A stretch of DNA of 64,000 bases, taken from Clostridiaceae bacterium. GTDB lineage: Bacteria > Bacillota > Clostridia > Saccharofermentanales > UBA5734. Within the stretch, counting starts at the first letter, position 1. Each line of letters opens with the position of its first letter. Below, piece by piece: positions 36,525 through 43,887 of this stretch. Both the position numbers and the translations under genes were made by a program. A model generated the notes under the pieces. It was not told the DNA's origin. It worked only from the letters and a program-made list of their open reading frames with translations, and searched no databases. The stretch is from assembly GCA_012523135.1 (NCBI GenBank), contig JAAYJD010000058.1, forward strand, positions 8,251 to 72,250, given 5' to 3'.

Positions 36525-37316
36525 TCAGTCTTCGAGCAAGGCCCACATCTTGAGGCAGACCACTTCGACCGGCTCGGTCAGGCCGCACTCAAAGACGACA
36601 AAACCGGTGTAGCCGGTGTCGCGAATCGCCTTGAAGACGTTCTTGTAGTTGATCTCGCCGGTTCCCGGCTGCTTGCGCCCGGGTACGTCGCCGACATGGA
36701 TGTGGCCGATGTGCCGGATGTTGGCGCGGATGTTGTTGATCAGGTTGCCTTCGGTGATCTGCTGGTGGTAGACATCGTAGAGCACCTTGACCATCGGGCT
36801 GCCGACTTCCTCAATGACCGCCACCGACTCCGCCGTTGTGGTCAGGAAGTAGCCCATGTGGTTGACCAGGATGTTCAGCGGCTCGAGCACCAGCCGGATG
36901 TTGGCCGCTTCAGCCAGGGGCGCCGCAGCCTTGAGCGCCGCGACAACCTGGGCGTGCTGTTCGGCGCGCGCAACGCCGGCGATCTCGTTGCCGGTTGTCA
37001 CCACGATGTTCGTGCAGCCAAGCACCTGGGCGGCGGCGATCGTTTCCCGGATCGCCGTGACAAAGGCGTCTTTGGCGTCCGCGTGGACGATGCCGTGGGT
37101 GTTGGCGATCAGGGCCTGCTGTGCGGGGTCGCTGGCGTGAAACAGGATCGCCGAAACGGCGACGCCGGTGCGGTCGATTTCCCCGCGCAGGCGCTGCAGG
37201 TCGAGATGGGCCCAGTTGAGAATTTCGATGGCTTTGAAGCCTTGCTGGCGGGCCAGCTCGAGCTTGCCGTATTCCTCGCCGGAAAACCAGGAGTTATGGA
37301 CGGTTAATGTAAACAT
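36525..37316 (-). CDS. Sugar phosphate isomerase/epimerase (xylose-isomerase-like TIM barrel; hydroxypyruvate-isomerase-like)
   Basis: Start trimmed to 37316 (MFTLTVHNSWF; AAAGGAGG upstream). Contains the segments LVLEPLN and HIGHIHVGDVPGR. Confidence 0.85.
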   Translation of the reverse strand: MFTLTVHNSWFSGEEYGKLELARQQGFKAIEILNWAHLDLQRLRGEIDRTGVAVSAILFHASDPAQQALIANTHGIVHADAKDAFVTAIRETIAAAQVLGCTNIVVTTGNEIAGVARAEQHAQVVAALKAAAPLAEAANIRLVLEPLNILVNHMGYFLTTTAESVAVIEEVGSPMVKVLYDVYHQQITEGNLINNIRANIRHIGHIHVGDVPGRKQPGTGEINYKNVFKAIRDTGYTGFVVFECGLTEPVEVVCLKMWALLED

Positions 37317-37347
37317 GATCCGATGGCCTCCTTTGCTTTTTTCACAA

Positions 37348-38325
37348 TCAGTCCAGGACAATTTCCTTGCCGGTGGCGATCGACTCGTTGCAGGCCAGGG
37401 TCAGGGCCAGCGACTTGCAGGCGTCGGCATAGGGGGAGCGGATGATCGACGGGTTGTTGGTCTTGACGGCGTCGAGGAAGGTCCGGTCTTCGGTGACGCC
37501 TTGATCGATCTCCTTGCGGTGCTGTTCGACATAGCTGCCGGTGTCCAGCTCGACGGACTGGCGCAGGACGTAGCGGATGTCCGCGTCGGCACAGCGGATG
37601 TGCAGCCCGTTCTTGTTCGGCACGTTGCGGCCCAGGTAGCAGCCGGTGAACAGCGTGGCGATGACCTTATTCTTGAACGTGATGACCGCGGACGAATAAT
37701 CATGCAGGTCATAGCCCTCGCGCTGCACGATGCCGCGGGCCGCGGCGCAATAGACCCGTTCGGGTTCGCCGAACAGGTAGCGCAGCATGTCGAACAGATG
37801 GATGTTCTGCTCGACGATCTGGCCGCCGCTGGTCGCGTAGGTCGGCCACCAGTAAACGCCCGGAATACCGCCCAGCCAGGCACCGTCGACCAGGCCGACC
37901 TGGCGGCCCTTGAGAAACTCGCGGGTCTTTTCGATGACGTCGAGGTAGCGGTCCTGGAACCCTACGGCCGTGATGATGCCGGCTTTTGCGACGGCGTCCC
38001 GGATCTTCGTTGCCAGTTCCATGGAAAGGGCCATCGGTTTTTCGACCAGGAAGTGGATCTTGCGCTTGATCGCCTCGAACTCGATGGTGCCGTGCTGGTC
38101 CGGCGGTACGCAGATGTAGAGCACATCCGGTTTGGCCTCGTCCAGCATCTGGCAATAGGTGTCGAACACGGGCGCTCCGCCGACCTGGGCGGCCTTTTCA
38201 CGCGCCCGTTCCGGCCGGATGTCCATAAACCCGACATAGTCGACATCGTCGAACTGCACCAGGTGGCTGAGATGGAAATTGCAGATGCCGCCGCATCCGA
38301 CAAACGCTGCTTTTATCCGATCCAT
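37348..38325 (-). CDS. Gfo/Idh/MocA family oxidoreductase
   Basis: 325 aa. N-terminal Rossmann motif (IKAAFVGCGGI) and EKPMAL. RBS AAGGAGGG. Confidence 0.9.
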   Translation of the reverse strand: MDRIKAAFVGCGGICNFHLSHLVQFDDVDYVGFMDIRPERAREKAAQVGGAPVFDTYCQMLDEAKPDVLYICVPPDQHGTIEFEAIKRKIHFLVEKPMALSMELATKIRDAVAKAGIITAVGFQDRYLDVIEKTREFLKGRQVGLVDGAWLGGIPGVYWWPTYATSGGQIVEQNIHLFDMLRYLFGEPERVYCAAARGIVQREGYDLHDYSSAVITFKNKVIATLFTGCYLGRNVPNKNGLHIRCADADIRYVLRQSVELDTGSYVEQHRKEIDQGVTEDRTFLDAVKTNNPSIIRSPYADACKSLALTLACNESIATGKEIVLD

Positions 38326-38472
38326 TTAATTCCCTCCTTGATGACCTTAGATGCGATCAGGCGCACGCCTGCCGCTATGCATACAAAAGCACAATCGGAG
38401 CAGTCCGTCAACATACGCCGGCAGAGGCGCGTAAAATGAGCATTTTGTCCATATAGTTGGCGATATATGACC

Positions 38473-38501
38473 TTGCATTTCCAAAACAAGCATGGTAAAC
38501 A
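38473..38501 (+). promoter_or_regulatory. Candidate promoter of the plus-strand Gfo/Idh/MocA gene
   Basis: TTGCAT (38473-38478), 17 nt, then TAAACA preceded by TGg. The -35 region is embedded in TGACCTTGCATTT, which resembles the 12-mer repeated upstream of the QueG-like operon. Confidence 0.4.
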
Positions 38502-38557
38502 TAGGAGTTGAGGCACGGCAGGCCGTCCCTCGAGAACAAAACAGTTAGGAGATCACT

Positions 38558-39610
38558 ATGATTCGCGCAGGCATTCTTGGCTACGGATACATGGGCCATG
38601 TCCATACGCAGAAAATCGCCCCGATCGCCGGCATCGATGTCTTTTCCGTACACGATATCGACCCGGCAAAAAAAGCTGAAGCTGGTAAGGCCGGTTATTC
38701 TTTTTTTGCCGACCGCACCCTGTTCCTGGCCCAGGCGGACCTGGACCTGGTCATCATCGCCACGCCCAACCAGTTCCATCGCGACTACGCGATTGAAGCA
38801 CTGCGGGCCGGCAAGCACGTGATCTGCGAAAAGCCGGTCACGCTCAACACGGACGAGCTCGACGCGATCCTGGCCGCCGCCCGGGAAAGCGGAAAGATTT
38901 TCACGGTCCACCAGAACCGGCGCTGGGACACCGACTACCTGATGCTGCGTCAGATCATCGCGGACGGCACGCTCGGCAGACCGGTCGCGGTTGAATCGCG
39001 CGTCCTGGGCGAGCGCGGCATCGTCTTCGGCTGGCGGGCGGACCCGGCCTATGGCGGCGGCATGCTCTATGACTGGGGCGTCCACCAGGTCGACCAGATC
39101 CTGCAGCTCTTCCCCGACCGCAAGGTGACGCGCGTTTTCGCCCAGCTTTGGTCAGTCAACACGCTCCAGGTCGATGACTACTTCAAACTGGAGCTGGTCT
39201 TCAACGACCAATGCTCGGCCCACGTCGAGTGCGGCGTCTTCGCTCTTGAAAAACTGCCGCGCTGGTTTGTCTACGGCAGCAGCGGCACCCTGAAGATCGA
39301 CGACTTCAGCGCCAAATCCGGGCGCATCTCCAAGATCAACAACCAGTACACGGTCGAAGTGTCCGAGGGCGTCGATCCGGTTGTCGGCTCCAGCCGCACC
39401 ATGGCGCCCCTGCGCCCGGAACAGATCCAGCATGTTCCGCTGCCCGCCCCGGTCGACGCGGCCAACGCCTTCTATGAGAACATCGTCCTCGCCTGCCAGG
39501 ATCCGGACCAGCTCGCCGTCAAGCCGGACAGCGTGCGCCGCACCATGCAGGTGATCGACGCCGCGTTCGCGTCTGCCCGCGCGCGCCAGTCGATCGATGT
39601 CCTGATCTGA
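38558..39610 (+). CDS. Gfo/Idh/MocA family oxidoreductase
   Basis: 350 aa. Motifs IRAGILGYGYMG and CEKPVTL. RBS AGGAG. Confidence 0.9.
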   Translation: MIRAGILGYGYMGHVHTQKIAPIAGIDVFSVHDIDPAKKAEAGKAGYSFFADRTLFLAQADLDLVIIATPNQFHRDYAIEALRAGKHVICEKPVTLNTDELDAILAAARESGKIFTVHQNRRWDTDYLMLRQIIADGTLGRPVAVESRVLGERGIVFGWRADPAYGGGMLYDWGVHQVDQILQLFPDRKVTRVFAQLWSVNTLQVDDYFKLELVFNDQCSAHVECGVFALEKLPRWFVYGSSGTLKIDDFSAKSGRISKINNQYTVEVSEGVDPVVGSSRTMAPLRPEQIQHVPLPAPVDAANAFYENIVLACQDPDQLAVKPDSVRRTMQVIDAAFASARARQSIDVLI

Positions 39611-39635
39611 ACCGAACAGCAAGCACCATATGGCT

Positions 39636-39676
39636 GCGGCCGCGATTCGTAACAGAATCGCGGCCGCTTTGATTTT
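39636..39676 (+). terminator. Intrinsic terminator between convergent genes
   Basis: Perfect 13-bp stem GCGGCCGCGATTC / GAATCGCGGCCGC with a 6-nt loop, followed by TTTGATTTT on the plus strand. Confidence 0.8.
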
Positions 39677-39706
39677 CCTCAGCATGTCCGGCGGGCCCGG
39701 CTTTGT

Positions 39707-40531
39707 TCAGATATCGTGCAGATCCAGACCCCAGGGTTCGCGGCGCCGAAACGCGGTGGCGTAACGGTGTTCCAGCTTGCCGGAGGCATCCAGGTGGGCC
39801 AGGCAGGCCCGGCCGCAGGCAGCCGTCAGGCGGTTGGGCATCGCCTCGCTGTACGTCGTGTCCGGGAAGGCGCCGTTCGGGCAATAGAGACATTTCTGCC
39901 GGTTGACTTCGGCAACTGTGCGCGTGACACCGCAAATGGTAACATCAGTCGTTTTGCTGGTATCGATGGCACCCAGCGGGCAGGCGGCGGCACATTTGGC
40001 GCATTGCTCGCGGTCACAGACCGTGCCCGTGAAAACCGGATCCGGTTCAATTTCCAGGTCCGTGATGATCAGGCCCAGTGCCTGGCGGGTGCCGAACTGG
40101 GGTGTCAGAAGCAGCCCGCAGTAGCCGATTTCGCCCAGACCGCAGGCGACCATCGCGTAGCTGAGATCCGGGTAGACATTGGGCGCGACTGAACCGGTGC
40201 GGAACACGACACCTTCCGGCCAGCGCTCGGCGGCCATCGGGCTCGACGGCACGGCGACCCCGCCCTCATCTTCCAGGAAACGGGCCAGCGTGTACATGTA
40301 GTGGGCTCCGATCAGGCGGCCGGCGCGGGTCCACAGCGTGCCCTCCTCGGTACCGCGGAACACGCCGCGCGGAATCTCCTGTGCGCACAGGACGATCGAG
40401 CGGGCCTGGGGGAAGATCGAGAGCGGATTGCGCTGCGGTTCAACATCACGGAAACGCTCGGCCGGCGCGACGCCGACGGCGTCGATGCCGCTTCTCTTGG
40501 CGTATGCCAGCAGCTCTTGCTTACTCAACAT
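39707..40531 (-). CDS. QueG/reductive-dehalogenase-superfamily-like Fe-S protein, paralogue 1 (274 aa)
   Basis: The ORF-track entry 39707..40780 is trimmed to the ATG at 40531 (MLSKQELLAYAKRSGIDAVGVAP; AAAGGGGG upstream). The core is ACGLGEIGYCGLLLTPQFGTRQALGLIITDLEIEPDP, then CDREQCAKCAAACP, then CLYCP ... CGRAC. Confidence 0.75.
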   Translation of the reverse strand: MLSKQELLAYAKRSGIDAVGVAPAERFRDVEPQRNPLSIFPQARSIVLCAQEIPRGVFRGTEEGTLWTRAGRLIGAHYMYTLARFLEDEGGVAVPSSPMAAERWPEGVVFRTGSVAPNVYPDLSYAMVACGLGEIGYCGLLLTPQFGTRQALGLIITDLEIEPDPVFTGTVCDREQCAKCAAACPLGAIDTSKTTDVTICGVTRTVAEVNRQKCLYCPNGAFPDTTYSEAMPNRLTAACGRACLAHLDASGKLEHRYATAFRRREPWGLDLHDI

Positions 40532-41534
40532 GGTTCTCGCCCCCTTTAGCGCTGTCGTCCTTCTGCAGGTAATAGGCCCGCTTGTCCTTGCCGATCCGGC
40601 CGGTCTGCTTGAGATGCTCGTAGCAGGACTGGATGCAGCCGTACGCGCCGCAGATGCTGCCGGGTCGGCCGCCCTGGCCCAGTTCATCGAAGCCGTTGGC
40701 CACCGTCGACAGGTAACGGGAGCGCTGGGACAGCGCACGGCCAAAGTTGATCGCTTCGAACCAGCCCATGGTCTGTTCATCGATGTTCATCTTGAAACCG
40801 GGCATGTCCTTCTTGACAAAAGGCGAGGCCAGTTCGTTGAGGCCCCAGTGCGTCAATTTGCACTTGCCCAGGTCGACGTCGCCCCACTCGAAGACGCGGT
40901 CCTCGATCTTGACCGACACTTTTTTATGTTTGCTGTACAGGGCATGGCCGGGGCAGTCGCGGACGCAGTGCAGGCAGCGGTCGCAGATGCTGCGCTGCAG
41001 CAGCGGATCCGGTTCCAGCTCGGCGTCGGTCAGGAAGATCTCGAAACGCTGGCGCGGTCCGAACTCGGGGGTCAGGAACACCTTGGACCAGCCCAGCTCG
41101 CCCAGGCCGGCGGCCGCAGCCGTGATGCGCATGTGCAAAACGACATTGGACGGCATTTTGCCTTCGGCGACCGGCGGACGGTGCGGCGGGGCCTCGTGGG
41201 GCAGAAACGTATGGCCGCCAGGTGAAACGACGGTCTCGTAACCGTGCGATTCCACGAACTGGCGCGTCATGCGCATGGCATTGCCGAGCGGGCCGTAGAT
41301 GCCGGTACCGTAGCCGTAGATCCAGTAGGTCGACCAGTCAGCATTTTCGCGGACGCCCTTATACGAGCCTTCCAGGATACGCCCGGCCAGCACGACGACC
41401 GATTTCGTCTTCGGATAGATGTTAAGCGGATGCGTCTCGGGCGGCGCCTGCATCAGGCGCGAAAGCGGCGCGATGCCGACCAGGTCGGCGCCCGCTTCCC
41501 GGGCCACTTTTTTGACCATTTCACTGGTTAACAT
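40521..41534 (-). CDS. QueG/reductive-dehalogenase-superfamily-like Fe-S protein, paralogue 2 (337 aa, divergent)
   Basis: Start chosen at 41534 (MLTSEMVKKVAREAGADLVGIAP; GGGGGA upstream). The core is AAGLGELGWSKVFLTPEFGPRQRFEIFLTDAELEPDP, then CDRCLHCVRDCP, then a late CGAYGCIQSC. Confidence 0.75.
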   Translation of the reverse strand: MLTSEMVKKVAREAGADLVGIAPLSRLMQAPPETHPLNIYPKTKSVVVLAGRILEGSYKGVRENADWSTYWIYGYGTGIYGPLGNAMRMTRQFVESHGYETVVSPGGHTFLPHEAPPHRPPVAEGKMPSNVVLHMRITAAAAGLGELGWSKVFLTPEFGPRQRFEIFLTDAELEPDPLLQRSICDRCLHCVRDCPGHALYSKHKKVSVKIEDRVFEWGDVDLGKCKLTHWGLNELASPFVKKDMPGFKMNIDEQTMGWFEAINFGRALSQRSRYLSTVANGFDELGQGGRPGSICGAYGCIQSCYEHLKQTGRIGKDKRAYYLQKDDSAKGGENHVE

Positions 41535-41548
41535 ATCTCGTGATCCCC

Positions 41549-42448
41549 CTATCTTTCCCACGTTTCAAGTCGCCACGGTTCGCCGTCCCGGAACGGGTTG
41601 ACATACTTTTGCGTCAGGCGGCCGGTCTTTTCCAGGTGGTTCAGGCAAGTCCGGCTGCAGACAGCGGTGGCAATGTTGGGCACGTTCCGGCGGGTCAGAG
41701 CGGTCGACGTTTCGACGATCTTGGGCTGGTTGCCCGAGAACTCGACCATCAGCTCCTCCTGGCCGACCTTGTTGATGAAGTCCGGTGCCGCGCCGTTAGG
41801 GCAGAGGCGGCACAGGTTGTAGTTGATCTCGGCCAGGACGGTCTGGCGGCCGCAGATGTCAAGCGTGACCGTCTTGTCCGGGTTGATCGAGTGGGCCGGG
41901 CACACGGCGATGCATTCGCGGCAGGCCAGGCCGTCGCAGAGCGTGCCGGCATAAATGGGGTCCGGTTCCAGCTCGAGCTCGGTCAGGATCACGCCCAGGG
42001 TGTTGCGGTTGCCATACTGAGGCGTCAGCAATTGCCCGAGCAGGCTGATTTCACCTAACCCGGCGGCCACGGCCGCGTATTCCAGGTTGATGGTCACGTT
42101 GTACATGGGGCGGTCCGGGGCAACCGGGCGGCTGCGCGGGGCAACCTTGGGGAAGTGGGCCAGGTAGGGCACGGCCTCGAAATGGGTCTGCTGCTCGATG
42201 GTGCGGGCCATATCGAGCACCAGGCGCTGGTCGAGGTACTTGCTGGCGAAACTCCAGAGCGTCCCCTCTTCCACACCGCGGTAATTGCCGCGCGGAATGT
42301 CCGCCCCGATGACAATGACCGAACGGACCTCCGGCAGGATGGAGGCCGGATGGACATTTTGGGGGAGTCCGTCGAAGCGTTCAGCGGACGCGACGCCAAA
42401 CAGGGTGAGACCGATGCTGCGCGCATAGTCCCTCAGCATTTCCTTCAT
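41549..42448 (-). CDS. QueG/reductive-dehalogenase-superfamily-like Fe-S protein, paralogue 3 (299 aa)
   Basis: Start chosen at 42448 (MKEMLRDYARSIGLTLFGVAS; GAGGTG upstream). The core is AAGLGEISLLGQLLTPQYGNRNTLGVILTELELEPDP, then CDGLACRECIAVCP, then CRLCP ... CSRTC. It is closest to paralogue 1. Confidence 0.75.
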   Translation of the reverse strand: MKEMLRDYARSIGLTLFGVASAERFDGLPQNVHPASILPEVRSVIVIGADIPRGNYRGVEEGTLWSFASKYLDQRLVLDMARTIEQQTHFEAVPYLAHFPKVAPRSRPVAPDRPMYNVTINLEYAAVAAGLGEISLLGQLLTPQYGNRNTLGVILTELELEPDPIYAGTLCDGLACRECIAVCPAHSINPDKTVTLDICGRQTVLAEINYNLCRLCPNGAAPDFINKVGQEELMVEFSGNQPKIVETSTALTRRNVPNIATAVCSRTCLNHLEKTGRLTQKYVNPFRDGEPWRLETWER

Positions 42449-42529
42449 GTTATCACCTCGAATTGAATCGGTGCGCCCGGCGCGCCCGCCGGGTGCGGCA
42501 GTCTTGTTCACATCCTAAAGATATGCTAT

Positions 42530-42584
42530 GATCTTGCTGTTTAAAAGCCTTGTTATTGCCGATTTATAGCTTGATCTTGCTGTC
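42530..42584. promoter_or_regulatory. Candidate AraC operator: direct repeat of TGATCTTGCTGT, two copies 43 bp apart
   Basis: An identical 12-mer occurs at 42530-42541 and 42573-42584. Both lie in the 170-bp divergent region between the AraC gene and the QueG-like operon. Confidence 0.45.
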
Positions 42585-42618
42585 TTGAGCCAAGCACAAG
42601 GTCAAAGAAAGAGGGTAC

Positions 42619-43572
42619 ATGCACGACAGCGTCAATCGGGACCTTGCGGCACCGTCCGGCGACGGCCGCCGTTTTCACCTCGCCGCCAGTCCATCGGTCG
42701 AACGGCCTGTTCCAAGCCTGCCTGACCTGGATTTGCCGCTGGATCACCTGTCGCCCACCATCGCGGTTATGTCGCTGCACAACTCCCGTAACCGCAAGGG
42801 GCAGCTGTCTTTGGACCGTTACACCCAGCCTAGGGCCGTTCATCTCTATGAAATCGAATTCTTCACCCAAACCGGCGGCGTGGCCGTTGTCGATGACTGC
42901 CAGTACCCGATCTCCAGGGGCGATGTCCGGTTTCACCGGCCCGGCCAGATCGTCTGGAGTCATGTCCACTACGAATGCTACGCCATGCGACTTGCCCTCG
43001 ACGGCCGGCTGCCGGAACCCGGCGCGTATCAGCCGCTTTTTCACAATACATACCTAGACGCGATTCCCTGCTTCATGTCCGTGTCGTCACCTGAATCCTA
43101 CGCGCGGCTGCTCGATGACATGCTGCGGTTGTGGATCAACCCGCAGCCCGGCTCTGAACTGCTGCTCAAGAGCAAGACCCTTGAGCTGATCTGCCTGCTG
43201 TACAAGGACGCTGTCCAGCTGAACGTGCTGGGCGGCTCGCAGCGGCTTACGGACACTGTGACACGGGCCATGGACTACATTGCGGCGCATTTTTGCGAAC
43301 CCGTCCGGCTGACGGACATCGCCGCGGCGGTCAATCTCAGCCCGTATCACTTTCACCGCCAGTTCACCCGGGCTGTCACCATGACGCCCCTGGCCTACCT
43401 GACCCGGGTACGCATCGAGCAAGCCCGCGAGCTGCTGCTGACCACCCGTATGCCGGTCAGTGAAATTGCCCCGGCTTGCGGGTTTGAAAGCCCGTCTTAT
43501 TTTACCCGGGTTTTCCGCGGTCTGACCGGCCAGACCCCCGGCATGTTCCGCCGCCACCGCCAGCTGTTTTGA
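42619..43572 (+). CDS. AraC family transcriptional regulator (cupin sensor plus dual HTH)
   Basis: 317 aa. Cupin-like N-terminal half, and a C-terminal AraC HTH (LSPYHFHRQFTRAVTMTPLAYLTRVRIEQARELL ... SPSYFTRVFRGLTGQTP). Confidence 0.9.
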   Translation: MHDSVNRDLAAPSGDGRRFHLAASPSVERPVPSLPDLDLPLDHLSPTIAVMSLHNSRNRKGQLSLDRYTQPRAVHLYEIEFFTQTGGVAVVDDCQYPISRGDVRFHRPGQIVWSHVHYECYAMRLALDGRLPEPGAYQPLFHNTYLDAIPCFMSVSSPESYARLLDDMLRLWINPQPGSELLLKSKTLELICLLYKDAVQLNVLGGSQRLTDTVTRAMDYIAAHFCEPVRLTDIAAAVNLSPYHFHRQFTRAVTMTPLAYLTRVRIEQARELLLTTRMPVSEIAPACGFESPSYFTRVFRGLTGQTPGMFRRHRQLF

Positions 43573-43644
43573 CGCGCTCCCCTTGACAGAAGGCGGCAGG
43601 CCGCAGAAGATGAATAGAGGAAAATCGCGAAAGGAGCAGACACC

Positions 43645-43875
43645 ATGAGTGAACAAACCCCGGAAAGTGTCTGGATAACGCGCGGCATGGGCCTTCGACT
43701 GCGCACCGCCCGCGAAGCGAAAGGTCTTAGCCAGGCCCGGCTGGCCCAACTGACCGGTTCTTCCCTGGCCCAGATTGAGCATTATGAACGCGGCGAGCAT
43801 GCCATGGCGATGGAGCGCCTGTTCGACATGGCCAGGATCCTCGAGATCCCGGCTGGCGACCTGTTCGATGCCTGA
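43645..43875 (+). CDS. XRE-family HTH transcriptional regulator (small)
   Basis: 76 aa. LRTAREAKGLSQARLAQLTGSSLAQIEHYERGE. RBS AAAGGAG. Confidence 0.8.
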   Translation: MSEQTPESVWITRGMGLRLRTAREAKGLSQARLAQLTGSSLAQIEHYERGEHAMAMERLFDMARILEIPAGDLFDA

Positions 43876-43887
43876 AAGAGGTTCAAG

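Noticed and set aside
39707-40780. N-terminal extensions in the ORF track. Examples are 39707..40780, 49473..50462, 57165..58220, 51705..52751, 4028..5128, 5040..5966, 36525..37361 and 13611..14033.
   Set aside because: The extensions run through the preceding gene or lack an RBS. In each case an internal ATG has a GGAGG-type site 5-10 nt upstream and starts a family-typical N-terminus, so I used the shorter coordinates.
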